Assembly (NCBI RefSeq): GCF_009914755.1
Contig: NC_060926.1
Reading direction: 5' to 3' (one strand)
Length of the DNA stretch: 64,000 bases
Source of the DNA: the human T2T-CHM13v2.0 reference genome, Homo sapiens
A program made the translations under genes and the position numbers. Each line of letters begins with the position of its first letter. The stretch's first letter is position 1. This document shows positions 26,486-43,163 of this stretch, piece by piece. The notes beneath the pieces were generated by a model. It had not been told where the DNA came from, did not search any database, and saw only the letters and a program-made list of their open reading frames with translations.

Positions 26486-28811
26486 TACATATTTCTACAA
26501 ATACTCTTACCCAGCAAGGGCTAATGGTCAATATTTTATTCCAAAATCCTTCCACTCAAGGTACTTTAAAGAACAAATATAAAAAACGTCTTCAGTTTGT
26601 GGCCAGATTGTTGCTGGAGCCCATTTTTCCCAGTCATCAGTTAAATAATAAACTCTGTCTGGTACTCAGGAAACCAACAATGAGAAGCTAAATTTGTGCC
26701 TCCTAACAGATGTTTTCAGCCGGGAAAGCACTGATGCACTTCATGCAATCTTTTTCAGAACAAATCACAAACTTTTTTCAAACTCTGATCCATAATCACA
26801 GGCTCAGTTACTAAAATGTGAAGGAAAACAAAGACAAAAAGAAAGCTCATTCTACAGGTAATGCTTCATGACACAGGCTATAAGCAGTGAGGAAAACAGA
26901 ATATCAGCTATCTGTTTTCCATTCATCAGTGAGTTGTGATTTGTTTTTAATCCAGGCAGATTTGTTGAGTACATACTATAAAAGAAATAGACATAGTCTA
27001 TAGAAATGGCTCAGGACAGCATTGTCACTATTAAAACTCTTTAAGAATTCAAAGCAGAGTCAATAGCATATGCAGCATTTTAAGTCTCAAAAATGAAGAA
27101 AGACAAAAAGATAAGATTTTATGAGTATTGCTAGAGTCCAGACTCTTTTTTTAAGTGAGGAGAAGTTGGCCATGTTGTCTGGTAACATCTAACAGGTCCA
27201 GTGGTGCAGATCCCCAAAGTCTAATTCCAGCAATGAAATCATTTCTTTCATAGTCTGTATTTCCCCATGGAGTTCAACCAAAGTGTTCTATCAATAAAAT
27301 GGCATGCAAGAAACACTATTCCACCTCTCAAGCACTGAACTAGAACAAATATTTATGTGGCAATATGGCCTGCAAATTTCAGCTGGTAAAATAAATGACA
27401 GAAAAATACCTACAATGAGTTTATTGCAAGCATCTGGGGATTTAAAAGCATTTTTTAGAAACTACTTCATCAATCTTCAAAAAATCCTTAAAGAATGCCC
27501 ATTTTGTAGAAAGGTAAAGTAAAACATACAGAAAAAGAAGCTGGACTGCAACGGGTATAGAAAAAGTTTGCATAATTTTGTCAGTTTTGAATCATGAATT
27601 TTTACAATCCTTGAGAATCCGACTAGAGGGACTTGGGTCTGTCTTCATCGGTCATATTTTCTGGTACATGTGATATGACTACATTTATATTAGCAATTCA
27701 TGGAGACTTTAAAGAGGATTCTAATAAAGTCTCTTAAGATATGATTTAATGCTACCCGTCAAGTAAAAATCGTTTTACATCACATCTTTCTAAATAGGTC
27801 ATGAAGGTCTGTGCCTCTTGAGCAGTTTGGGGTATCCATTTTATGTGTCCTGTTGGAATGTGGTAGAATATGAAAACAAAGGGGGTAACCATATATTAAT
27901 TTACGCAAACTACCAATGTGTCAATTGTATCTTTTCTTTCTAAGTACTTTGTGCCCATTATGTAGATACAGAGAAAACGTCAAGGGAGGTAATGGGGCAA
28001 AGCAGTAGGAAGGTGGACTTTGAAAGCACATTTGGTTACAAGATCCATTTTCAGTGTCATCTCATGGCCCTGAGAAAGTACCACAGGAAAGTTTCTGTGC
28101 TAACTTACCAAGATCTCCAGCCCTACAATGAGAGTCAATTTGAGCCATGTTTACACCAGTCACTTACAAAACAGGTGGCAAAAGTGTTTTTGTTGAAAAT
28201 TGCAAACAAAGAAGAAAATGAAAACACTTCCCCATTTCCCAATCCATCCTCACACCCATGGTCTTGGCCAGGTTGGATGTCCTCCCAACCCACTCAGAGG
28301 ATGAGTTCACTATGTGGCTCCTCCCTCTACTATCGTAAGACAGACAGCGTAATAGGGTTGTGTGGCAGGGTCTCAAATATCAAGAGTGGGGTTAACTTAT
28401 TTCTCGTGCACTTTCTCCAAAGTTGCTATATCCTACAGTTATATCTCCTTGGCTTATTTTCTCTAAGGTTTAATCAGAAGATTGAGAGTGGAGTGAAAGA
28501 CTAATCACTTTTGGCTTACCTTCTTAATTTTATCTAGTGAGACTATATTTGGCAAAGTTTGACATCAAAAAAATTCTTGTTAGATCTCGCTAGCTAAAGT
28601 TATCTCTATTACATATTTCAAATCAAAATACACACCTAACTACAAATAGATCAGCATTCTTTGATTTTTTCCAAAAGAAATAATCATAATATTCTGTGGA
28701 AAATTCTTCCTGTATTGACTGACATTATTTTCCTCTTTCCTTATGGGCTGTCTGTTCCCAAGGAGAAGGATAAACACAAATACACCTTTAAGATATGTAC
28801 TATACTGTATT

Positions 28812-28955
28812 GCAAGTAATCTCTGAGTTTTGGTTTCTTCACTTGTAAAATGGGGAGAATGATACTTCACAGGGTTGCTGTGAGGACTGAGTCAATGAAT
28901 GTAAAGTGCTAAGTACAGGCATGGACAAGACAGAGAACACTCAATGTTTTTACCA
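28812..28955 (+). mobile_element. MIR SINE
   Basis: ctctgagttttggtttcttcacttgtaaaatggggagaatgatac...agggttgctgtgagga. Confidence 0.75.
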
Positions 28956-30420
28956 TCGCCATGAGCTCTCTTCAGATCACTCTGCTGAACACATTCCTTT
29001 TCACCTCCAGATGTATTTCCGCCTTTCTATATCCTGCCTTTGCCCTTGGAGGTTCACCTTGTCTCCTGGCTTCAGGTTTGGGTCCACTAACAAAGAACTC
29101 CATAAAGGGGCTGGGGGAAGGCTACCCTGTATCCTCCTCACGCCGCTGAAAACAAACCCTTCTGAATAATTCTAATTTGAGTGTACCACCTGTTTTATAA
29201 TGAAATCCTAAGTTATAAATTCATTTTTATAAGCATTATCTTCATCAAAAAGTTTAACATTATAAAATAAAAATTGTATACATAATTACCTAAGTTTATA
29301 AGGTTATATCCACACAGGTCATTTGAAGGAAGACTCAAACTGGATAAAATTTGCTTCTATTCCATCTCAATTATCACGTAAGTCTAAATTACAGTTTCAG
29401 CCAAGCAAGAAATAAACGTACTTTAGCTGATGTTCAAGAAGGGTATGGTTTTCATAAATGTTGAAGATGAGATTTAATATAAGCCTTTACTCTGATAAGC
29501 ATTCTTTCTTAATGGCTTCTTTTAAAATGACTAATTTGGCTATTTCCACTGTTCATTTTTGATGTTTAAAACAATGACAATTCATTCCTTTTGCATCCCA
29601 TTCAAAATATTGATACCACACAACTTCTAAACGTTCCAGGGTTTTTTGTTCTTTTAGTTTCAGAATATTTTTATTTGGTATACTACTTTTCTAACATTTA
29701 TCTATTGATACTATTATCTGTATCTTGTCTGACAAGAATAATATTCCTGGATGAGAAATCAAAAGACTTAATTTCCGGCTCCGACTCTTCCAGTTTGTTA
29801 TCTGTTGTTACATAGATGTGGTTCCTAATGTCGCTTTCCTACCACCCTGTGCCTAAATGTCCTCATTTGCTAAAGAAGAGTATTTTATGACATGCTGACC
29901 TCCTTGGATTGTTTTAAAAATCAATACAAGAGAATATAGGTAAAAGTACTTTGTAATACTTAAAATTATATACAAATGTGAGGACCTTGAACATATATAC
30001 CATCAAATAAAGATACTCTACTTTATTTGTGTGAGAAAAATAACTGAAATATCCTGTGTTTCAAAGCACATTGATACAATTTCAGGTATCTGAATTAACC
30101 GAAAAAATAATTCAAGCACATGTAACTGACAGAATTTTTGTGGGAATTGCTCGGTTCATCTCTACAAAGAGTTTTGTTGGGAGTTATCTATTACTCTGAG
30201 TAAATTTTCTCAATTCCTCTTTCCATGTTCTCATTGCTTCCAAGACAAAACACAAGACGGTATAGACAGGTTGGTCTGAAAGATTAGAAAAGATTTTTAA
30301 AACATGGTAGTTCAATGGACAAGAGCTAAGAATATTTTACTGTACCATTTTTCTACCTGAATCCATAACCGGGTGTATAGTGTATTCCAATAGAGAATCA
30401 GAGAAAAGTGAGTAAAATAC

Positions 30421-30759
30421 TGTCTAATCTGTTTGAAAGGAATACCTAAGGTTAAGTAATTTATAAAGAAAAGAGGCTCACAGTTCTGCAGACTATAGAA
30501 GCACGGTATCAGCATCTGCTTCTGGTGAGGGCTTCAGGAAGCCTTCCCTCACAGCAGAAGGGGAAGGGGAATTGATATTACATGGCAAGAAAGGAAGAAA
30601 GAGAGAGAGAAGGGAGGTGCCAGACTCTTTAACAATCAGCTGTCACTGCATGAAGGGTCTGCCCACATGACCCAAACTCCTCCCAGTAGGTCCCACCCCC
30701 AATATTGGGATCAAATTTTAACATGAGATTTGGAAGGGACAAATATCCAAACTACATCA
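30421..30759 (-). mobile_element. MaLR solo LTR, MSTB-like
   Basis: gtaatttataaagaaaagagg...catgagatttggaagggacaaatatccaaactacatca; 5-bp TSD aatac. Confidence 0.9.
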
Positions 30760-30924
30760 AATACCAAGAGAAGAATGCCCCCAATTTTGTCCTTGAATGG
30801 AACATACGACCCTGTTCGTATATAAAATGAATATTTACAAGTTCAGAAATGCATGAACATATATATTTAGCTTGATATCATCAGAAATATATATGCTATT
30901 AACTTCTTTAAGCCTCCATTTCCT

Positions 30925-31715
30925 CATTCATTCAAAATAAAAGCATTCACCGCAGACGTACCTACTAGCTCTGCCCTAAGAGCTACAAATTCTGTGATAA
31001 ATTTTGATTTTATAAAGTCGTTAGACATGTGAAGATTGCATTCTAGTAGTGGAAAACAGAAAATAAACTAATGAATGGAAAAGGTAATTTTAGATAATGC
31101 TTAGGCCTGTGAGGAAACATTGAGGTGATGTGATCAACAGTGCCTGGCTAAAGGGATTAATTAAAATTGGATGGCAGTCTAGGAAAACCTCTATAAGGAA
31201 GTAACATTTGACTTGAGATGTGCATGAAAAGACAGAGCAAACCAAGGAAGGATGTAGAGGCAGAAGATTCCAGGATGAGGAAAAAGCAAACAAAAAGGGC
31301 AAAAAGCCTGGAGGTAGGGCTATCCGCATGCCTGCGGATAGAAGGCTAGTATGAATAAAGGAGAACGTGCTATAGGAGATAAGAAAAGCAGTCATGGGAA
31401 AGTCCATGGAAGGCCCTGTGAGCCATGGTAAGGGCTTTACATATTAAGTAAAAAGATAAGCTAGTAAAATATTTTCAGGAAATAAGTGACACCCATTCCA
31501 TCATGCAATATTCATTCAGAACCATCAATATACCAGGAATTCATCTAAGCTGAAGATATTGTAACTATAGGCAAAAATTCCTGTCCTGATCTATGGGGAT
31601 GTCCTTCTAGCTGCTGTGGAAAGGATTTACATGGGAACACTATTGGAAGCTGTGGAAGCTTACAGCAGTAATTCAGGCAAGAGACGGTGATGGTTCGTCT
31701 AGGGTAGCAACAGGG
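30925..31715 (-). mobile_element. L2 fragments
   Basis: tcattcattcaa tail; ggaagtaacatttgacttgaga; ggccctgtgagccatggtaagg. Confidence 0.6.
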
Positions 31716-32690
31716 TAACAATTTTATTTAATCATAGGTTTCCTGGGAGCATGACATCCTTTAACATTATGCTGCCATACAGTAAATGTCCCCAAAATTA
31801 TAACTTTTATTATTACAGAACAGCCAAGTGGATAACTCCAAATTTCACTGATTGTAGGGGTAAAAAACTACCACCATTCATTGGTTCCAGAAGAGAGGAA
31901 TAGAAGCTGCAAATAACTGGCTATTTATTAAGAGTAACTGGCACAGCTAAGATAAGGGTAGAAACTGACAACAGGAAATCTTCACATTTGAACAGTGATG
32001 TCTCAGCACCATTTATTTTTCTCTGGATGAGGGAAAAACATAAAGTGGAGGAATGGAAAAGGACACAAAGGTTGGAGTGGTGGGATTAATAATAGCATCC
32101 CAAAGGCTGATGCGTGCATTTATTGAGGACATTGAGGAAATTACATAATCAATTCCAAATTGTTGTTTAAGAAAATACAATACTAGTTAGGATTTTTTTT
32201 ATCTCTTCAATGGAAAGATATAGATATAGACACAAATATGTGTACATACACACACATGAAAATATGTGTTTATTATTTTGCTGAAACATTCCAAGTAAAC
32301 AGCAGATACCACCACTGCCCCCAAATGCTTCAGCATAGATATCCTAAGACTAGAGACACGTGCCCACAATATTATTATCAAACAAAATTTACTAATATAA
32401 TTAATGCATAGTCCATATTAAATTTCACCGTTATTCCAAAAGGGATTTTAAGGAGTTTTTTTAAGTCCAAGATCCAATTAAAATTCCACATGATATTTAC
32501 TTGTTAAATTTCTTTTAGCTTAAGCTGACAATTCTCTTTGAATAAATTATGACATTGAAGGTTGCAAAATGCTGGTTTTTAAGTATGTCATTTCTTCTAT
32601 ACTTATTTGCTGGTTTTTAAATGATGTTTTGTTACAAAAACATTGCAAATACATTTTAAATATCAAGAAAATCAAAAGAAATTCATATGA

Positions 32691-33241
<551 letters not shown>

Positions 33242-33624
33242 CCCTCCTTTCAACTTTTAAGGATAGAGACATAACCCATGACTGACCAATTAGAGAATTC
33301 TGCATCCAAGTCCACAGAACAGGGATAGGCACATGACCCAAGTGAGGTAAAGGGTTTTGTTGGAATTATTAGAAAGGAGATGTTATCTTTCTCTGGCACT
33401 GTTAAATGCAGAATAAGTAAGTCTGGAATTATAAATAAATAATTCATAATTACTGAATGAGACCAGCCGATCTGAAAAAGAAGAAAAGGAAAGCATTATC
33501 AACACAAGAGATGGACAAAGAAAAGTTGAGGATTGAGGTCATCAGTCAAACCCTTGGACCCAACCACTCCTGGAGCTGGTCTACCTCCAGATCTTCAGCC
33601 AAGTTAAGCAGTAAATTCCCTTTA

Positions 33625-33630
<6 letters not shown>

Positions 33631-33674
<44 letters not shown>
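33631..33674. repeat. (CA)n microsatellite
   Basis: ~22 perfect AC units. Confidence 0.98.
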
Positions 33675-33679
<5 letters not shown>

Positions 33680-35374
33680 GTTGGGTTTCTGTCTTTTGCA
33701 CCTAAATTATCCACCTAATAATACACTTATTAATCTTTATAAAGTTTAGACTGAGTAAGGCCTTTGATCCAGTCTCCTGGATTCATAGGTTAAAAAGTTC
33801 AGCTGCAGAGAAATTCTGAAAACACGGAGACTGCACAGCTAGTTAGTTGCAGAACCACAAGCAAAAATCAAGTTTTTAGATTCTCTGTTTAGTGTTCTCT
33901 TCTACCCTTTGTTATTTGGCTTCAAGTTATATTTTGCGTGTGAATCATAAGAGTTATGCACTGATGAATTAGATTTCGCCAACATTTGTGTAGGCAAATC
34001 AAATAAACCAGAAAAAAAATTTTCTTCTGAAAATAGTAGACCTAGCATTTTCTTTGAGCTTAATAACTCCTATCATTACTGAAGTCTTTAATATCTTAGC
34101 AATAGCCAAGTTCAAAATCCTCCAACCAAGAAAAACATAAACTATGCTACAATGTAATTCATGCCATGAAATTTCTATAGAAAGGAAATCACCTTATAAT
34201 ACATTGACTATTATATTTTCTATTATTGCTGTCCGCAAATATATTCTATTTTACAGGGAATTGTAACGTAATGAAATGTCATGTTATTAGCTATTAACAA
34301 TATAACTGATTCAGATATTTGCTATTTTTAAAAGAAGAAAAATTGAGTACATTTGAAAGTTCTATGTGATACTACTTTTTAAAAATCTGTGATTATTATG
34401 ATTTTAATTTCCCCAATATATTGTATATCTCTTTTTTTAACCTAAGTCACTTATTTGAAACACTGATTTTGTACATGTTATAGTAATTTTCCTTTAATTT
34501 CCCTAAAATCATTGGAATAAAAACATAATATCTGAAATAATCACACATACTCCAGCAATCAGGAAATCCAGTATTTATGTCAGACTCAAGAAATAACACC
34601 ATTCCTTTCTGCCTGCACTAGGGAGCAACATGAAAATGGCCATTTATTTTGTTTTGTCATTTTCCTGAGCAGGGTACCCACAGGGTACTTAAATAGTTGC
34701 TTTCCTTTTTTGCCATCTCTCCAGGTTAAAAACAAAAATATATTCAGCTACCAAGAAATTAAATAGGTTATTTATGTTTCACTTGTCAAATCTATATTTC
34801 CAAATATCCCCTGAGCCAGATTTGCAGAGGAGTAAAGGTAGGGTGGAAGATATTTTATACATATTTAATTTGTTATTCTAAAGAGGTACAGTTCTTTTTT
34901 CTGTTAGTTTTCTTGGGCCTCTACGGTGTCAGTAATAATGGCATAATCGTGCTTTGAATGCTTTCTATGGAATTCCACAGGTTCAAATGTCCGAGTTGAG
35001 TGCCTTTAATTTTCCAGTAGGAGACTGTGGCATACTGGTTCATCTATACAATAAAAATTCTCTACAGTTCTTCCCACTGCTCCCCATCCCAAATCACGCT
35101 ACACATGTAACATCTACACAGATGACAGATTGCTAGAACAAGACCTGATCAACTCTTCTTTATTTTAGGGTTTTTTTAATTTTAATCTTTGATTAAAGCT
35201 GACCACCGGGAACATTTTTATCTAGCAGAAAAGTAGTATTAGAATATCTGAAGGATAATAACTTCGCTTAATTAGATACTTTTTTCTTACATAAATACTC
35301 AATCAACAATAGCTCCATGTCAGTTTTATTTCTTGCCCACTTTCAGTATAAGGTAACTTCTGTACCTGTTGTAA

Positions 35375-35702
<328 letters not shown>

Positions 35703-36292
35703 TCAGTTTGATATTTCAATAGTCAGAAACTACATGGAAGGGAAAGGAGGTAGCTGTTATAGTCTTTCTGATGAATAACATCTTAATCATATGTTAATGC
35801 ATGAAAGAAAATGGGAACTCTGACAATGCCAACTTTATCAAACCAAAAAAATTCCATCAGCTACCTACAATTTAAAAGGTGTGTTCCACTAATGGATATA
35901 CTTATGGCTAGACATTCTGACAATGTTCACCCTGAGAACTTCAAATGTCTTACATAAAATATCTTTTTTTTTCTATTTTTTATTTTATTATTATTATACT
36001 TAAAGTTTTAGGGTACATGTGCACAAGGTGCAGGTTCATTACATATGTATACATGTGCCATGCTGGTGTGCTGCACCCATTAGCTTGTCATTTAGCATTA
36101 GGCATATCTCCTAATGCTATCCCTCCCTCCTTCCCCCACCCCACAACAGTCCCCAGAGTGTGATGTTCCCCTTCCTGTGTCCATGTGTTCTCATCGTTCA
36201 ATTCCCACCTATGAGTGAGAACATGTGGTGTTTGGTTTTTTGTCCTTGCAATACTTTACTGAGAATGATGATTTCCAATTTCATCCATGTCC

Positions 36293-36988
<696 letters not shown>

Positions 36989-36991
36989 TCA

Positions 36992-37210
<219 letters not shown>

Positions 37211-37213
37211 CTA

Positions 37214-37954
<741 letters not shown>

Positions 37955-38439
37955 TTAAAGTACATTTATTGCTCAACATGGATAAAAAGACTTGTCTGAG
38001 GCCAAAATCTTAGTGAAAAGAGAATCCAAATAAGTAAACACAGCACTGACGCTTACTTTTGCCTTAGAGCCTTTAGCCAATTTTTGTTGATGTTGAGCTT
38101 TTATTTTCAATGGATGGGGTTGGAAAGATGGTAGTGGAAAAGGAGACATATCTTAGGAATTTGCCAAAAGAGTCTAAACAGAAGATCCCCACATTCAATT
38201 GGTATCCCAAATACTCCTTAGTGTAAAGATGATCAGAAATAAACCTGCATCTCCCTTTCAAGGGGGAAGCATGGAAAATTGCCTGTATAAAATCTTAGCA
38301 CTGGGTTACAAAATATATTTCCCCTGAAAATGCATGTCTACAGCTAACTCTCGTTACAGCAGGTAGCAAAAACCTTCAATTCCATAATTTAGCTCAAACT
38401 AATCCTAGGTGCTTAATACCCTCAGGTGCTTGTTGAAAG

Positions 38440-39830
38440 CAGTAGGAAATACATTCTAGAGGACCAACTTTTGACCCACGTATCAAAGGATTTCAAATGA
38501 TAAATTTTCCAGTAATATAAACACAGTGAATATTCACAAAAGTCAAAAGTAAATAAGACACCATGAGGAAAAAAAAAGCCAACATAAACAAATAAAACTA
38601 TAAAGACTCAGATATTAGATATTTTACAAAATAGCTAGTATGTTTAATATGTTCCAAGAAATAAAATAGGGACCAGAAAATAAGAGTGAGCAGTAAGAGT
38701 ATGTAAGATTGCCAGCAGGTTTGAAAAGAACCAAAAAGAATATCTCAAAATAAAAGTTGTAATTGAAAATGTATGTCAATGAACATAGAGACATAAGAAT
38801 GAAGAAAAATTCAGAGAATGAAAAAACTGGAAGACTTATTTAAAGAAATTATCCAGTATTCAGAAAAGAAAAACAAGAAGATGAAAAATATGGGAGATTA
38901 AAAGACATGGAGGATGGAGTAAAAAGATATAACAAACATCTAATCAAAGTTTTTGAATGAGATGAGATGATGTTTCTAAAACTTGTTTGTTTAAAAAACA
39001 AAATTTAAACTTGTGTGATAGGAGGAATAAATTTTAAAACTACTCACAGATAGATACAATGTAATGAGGTTTCAAAGCAGCAACTCCCCCATCAAAAAAA
39101 AAAATCAAGAATACATCTAATCAATAAATGAACTTAAGAAGAAATTATAATAGAAATTTAAAAATTTTTAATGGAATGAAACATGAAAATATTGCATAGA
39201 ATATAGTTGAAGTAGGTTTTGACAGTTTTAACAATTATAGACTAAAATGTTTATAATAGAACACTAAAAAGTTGAAAGTTAATAGCTAAGCATCCATCTA
39301 AAGAACTAAGAAAACAGTAAATGTAAAAACTGAAGAAATTAGTTCATTTTTAAAATTTCTAATCTAAGTGAGATTGTGTGGTATTTGTCTTTCTCTATCT
39401 AGCCTGTTTCACTCAGCATGCCCTCTAGATTCATTCATGTTGTTCCGAAGGAGAATTTTATCAATTTTTAAGATGGAATATTATTCCATTGAGGAATGGA
39501 AGAATAAAGAGCAAAAATTAATGAAACAGAAAAATCTACAATAGAGAGGAGCAACGAAACGAAAGACTAATAAAACTGGTAACTATCTGGCAAGATTAAT
39601 TATGAAAAAGTATAAAAGAAGGCATAATAGCAACACTACAATGAAAAAGAGAATATAACTTCAGTGAATAAAAAGGCTATTATCAATAACTTTATGTCAA
39701 CAAATATAAACAGTTGAAGTAGAAACATTGCAAGAAAAAAATGTTAACAATATAACTAAAAAAGTACAAATTTTAAATGATAAATGTTTTAAAAATATAT
39801 AACATATCATGACCAAAAGCCCAAAGCAAA
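38440..39830 (+). mobile_element. Old L1M (L1ME-like) internal fragments with an antisense L1 3' UTR piece at ~39345-39492
   Basis: A-rich ORF1/ORF2 relics (gagcaaaaattaatgaaacagaaaa...caatagagagga). Confidence 0.65.
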
Positions 39831-41737
39831 AGAATGGCTCTGAAAGAGAAAGCTGTCCTTTTTGTTTCTTAATTCTTCTTTTCTTCCACAAATATTCCAT
39901 AATTTGGAGATGAGTCCACTGTGTTTTTTGTAATCTGACTCAGTCCCACCTTTTTGCACCCAGTACACCCAGAATTAGACTTAGACTGTGCTCTAGTTGA
40001 GGTGAAGTACTTACTGTCTGCAAATCCCAAGGTATCCTTTGATCCTGGTCTTTGCCTGAGGTATTGTTTCTGCCTGACTCCCCCTTTCTATCTTCAATAC
40101 CTTCCTTCGTCCTTCAAAGACTTCTGCTTATGGTTCATGGTTCATGATGTAACTCAGATGTTGCCTACTGTAGGAGCCCTCATAATTTCCCCCATTTAAC
40201 CCCCATCTTGAATGAAATCTCTCCAAAGTATATCCAAAATTGAACAATTTCATGCCTCATTGAGAGCATTTATCAAATGTATCATAGCTGTCTGTTTTCT
40301 GTCCACCTTTCCCAGTTGACTGTAAGCTTCTGAGACAGTGACTTTGACTTTTGACCTTTTGATTCCATGCTGCTCTTTAAGATGTAGCAAAGTATTTAAC
40401 ACATGTTAGTTCACACCAAGGTGTACAATAATTGTTAATGAATGAATGCTATATTATCTTAATACTATTAAGATGTTACATTTATTAGTCATGTAATTAA
40501 TTCAGTGACAACTTTCATCAACAAGAAACTTTGATTTTCCTATAACTTTTTGATGAGAAAAACGTATGTCCACATCAGAAGATAATGCATAGTTTAATTA
40601 GTAAACTTAAAATTTGGCATTTGGATTGTTACACTGATGTCTTATCAGTTTATGAAGAGTAAATTAGTTTTCTTAATCAAATTCCTAAAAGCCAGAAACA
40701 GGACCATGGTAGACTGGTTGAGATAATGTCACCGGTTAAGAGCGTGGGCAGATAGCCAGATAATCTTTCTTTACATAAATCTCTGCAACTGGAATTCCCT
40801 TCCTTCTAGAAAGATTATCAGAGCATTTTTCAAACTAAAGAAAAGGGAACATAAGAAATATTATTTTTCATTATATTGCAGTTTCTTAGGGCTTCATACA
40901 GATTTTTTTAATTGTGGGATCACATGAATGTTCATTACAGAATAAAAGAATATTACACTAACTATGGGAAATCACCAACCATCCATATGTAATGGGGGTT
41001 TGAGTGAAATGCATTAAATACCTGTGACCTATCAATAAAAGGATTCTTTAGACCTCTTTCACATACTTTTCCAATTGCTTCTCCCAGGATGAATCTATCT
41101 CAGGAAGCTCTTTGGTCCTACATGCCCTGAATACTCAGACATACCTTAGTCTTGAGATGACTGTAGTTTCGGCAACCAGGAAAATACCCTCAACTAGGCA
41201 GAAATACTAAGAGATTTAGAGATACTCTTGCCTCTCAACGTTAGAGGCAATATCTTGCAGCAATATTGGAACCTATGTTTCAGGACATCTTTAAAGCTAA
41301 AATGGAAACTCTTCCTACTCTTTGTTGAGATGTTTTAATTCTTGCAACAACTGCTCAGGTTTGTGGTCACAATCCATTTTCTTTACATTTTTCACTGGCT
41401 GTGAGCTGCAACAAGTATCTCTTTCCATTAAAAAAAGAAAGAAAGAAAGAAAGAAAAATTCCACAAGGAATGTCCACTGAGGCTGGTATAATTAAGGCAC
41501 TCTGCCAGGAACTCTGGGACATATAAAAGAATATGAAACGTAGTCCCTTCACTCAGAGACTTTGGAGTCTAGATAGAGAGACAGAATATAGATATACGTA
41601 GTGGGTACAACTTTCAACTTATAAAGTCAAACATGCAAGAAATGTAACACTTCGTTATTTTATAACAAGTTACTTCTGTTTTAAGTTTCTGTTCTACAGG
41701 GCAAAAGAAACTAAATCTGAGTTAATTCAGGAAAATC

Positions 41738-43163
41738 TCACTTTTTAACTGGGCTGTTTTTCTCTTGTAAATTTGTTTAAGTTCCTTGTAGATACTGGAC
41801 ATTAGACCTTTGTTAGTTTCATAGTTTGGAAATATTTTCTCCCATTCTGTAGGTTGTCTGTTTACTCTGTTGATAGTTTCTCTTGCTGTTTAGAAGCTGT
41901 TTAGTTTATAGTTTCTCTTGCTGTTGAGAAGCTCTTTATTTTAATTAGAACCTACTTGTCAATTTTTGCTTTTGTTGCAATTGCTGTTGGTGTTTTGTCA
42001 TGAAATCTTTGCCCTTTCCAGGATGGTACTGCCTAGGTTGTCTTCCAGGGTTTTCATAGTTTTGGGTTTTACATTTAAGTTTTTAATCCATCTTGAGTTG
42101 ATTTTTGTGTATGGTGTAAGGAAGGGCTCCAGTTTCAGTCTTCTGTATATCACTAGCCAGTTATCCAGCAAGAGTTTTTGAATAGGGAGTCTTTTCCCCA
42201 TTGGTTGTTTTTGTCAGCTTTGTCAAAGATCAGATGATCATAGATGTGCAGCCTTATTTCTGGGTTCTCTATTCTGTTCCATTTGTCTATGTGCCTCTTT
42301 TTGTACCAGTACCATGCTGTTTTGGTTACTGTAGCCTTGTAGTATAGTTTGAAAAGTGAGCAAGGACATGAACAAACACTTCTCAAAAGACATACATGCA
42401 GTCCATACGCATATGAAAAAAAGCTCAATATCACTGATCATTAGCTAAATGCAAATAACAATCAGATACTATCTCACGTCAGAATGGCCATTATTAAAAA
42501 GTCAAAAAATAACAGGTGCTGGTGAGGTTACAGAGAAAAGGAAACATGTATACACTGCTAATGGGAGTGTAAATTAGTTCAACCACTGTGAAAAGCAGTA
42601 TGGAGATTCTTCAAAGAGCTAAAGGTAGAAAGACCATTTGATCTAGCAATCTCATTACTGCGTATATACCCAGAGGAATATAAATCATTCTACCATAAAG
42701 ACACATGCATTGATATGTTCATTTTAGCACTATTTACAATAGCAAAGACATGGAATCAACCTAAATGTCCATCAATGACGGGTTAGATAAAGAAAACGTG
42801 GTACATATACACCATGGAATACTATGCAGCCATAAAAAAGAATGAGATCCTATCTTTTGCGGGAACATGGGTGGAACTGGAGGCTATTATCCTTAGCAAA
42901 CTAATACAGAAAAGAAAACCAAATACCACATGTTCTTACTTATAAGTGAGAGCTAAATGATAAGAACTTAGGAACACAAAGAAGAGAACAACGACACTGG
43001 GGTCTACTTGAGGGGGAAGGGTAGGAGAAGGGAAAGGAGCAGAAAAGATAACTATCGGATACTGGGTTTAATACCTGATTGATGAAATAATATGTACAGC
43101 AAACCCTCATGACACCTTTACCCCTTCACATGTACCCCCAAACCTAAAATAAAAGTTAAAAAA
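41738..43163 (+). mobile_element. L1PA (older, ~L1PA11-16) with 5' inversion
   Basis: Antisense ORF2 41738-42352, then sense ORF2/3' UTR to aataaaagttaaaaaaa; TSD-like aattcaggaaaatctca / aattcagagaaatccca. Confidence 0.93.

Noticed and set aside
27992-28504. Longest non-repeat ORF (170 aa)
   Set aside because: No recognisable family or exon structure; plausible by chance in 64 kb; BLASTP/PhyloCSF would settle it
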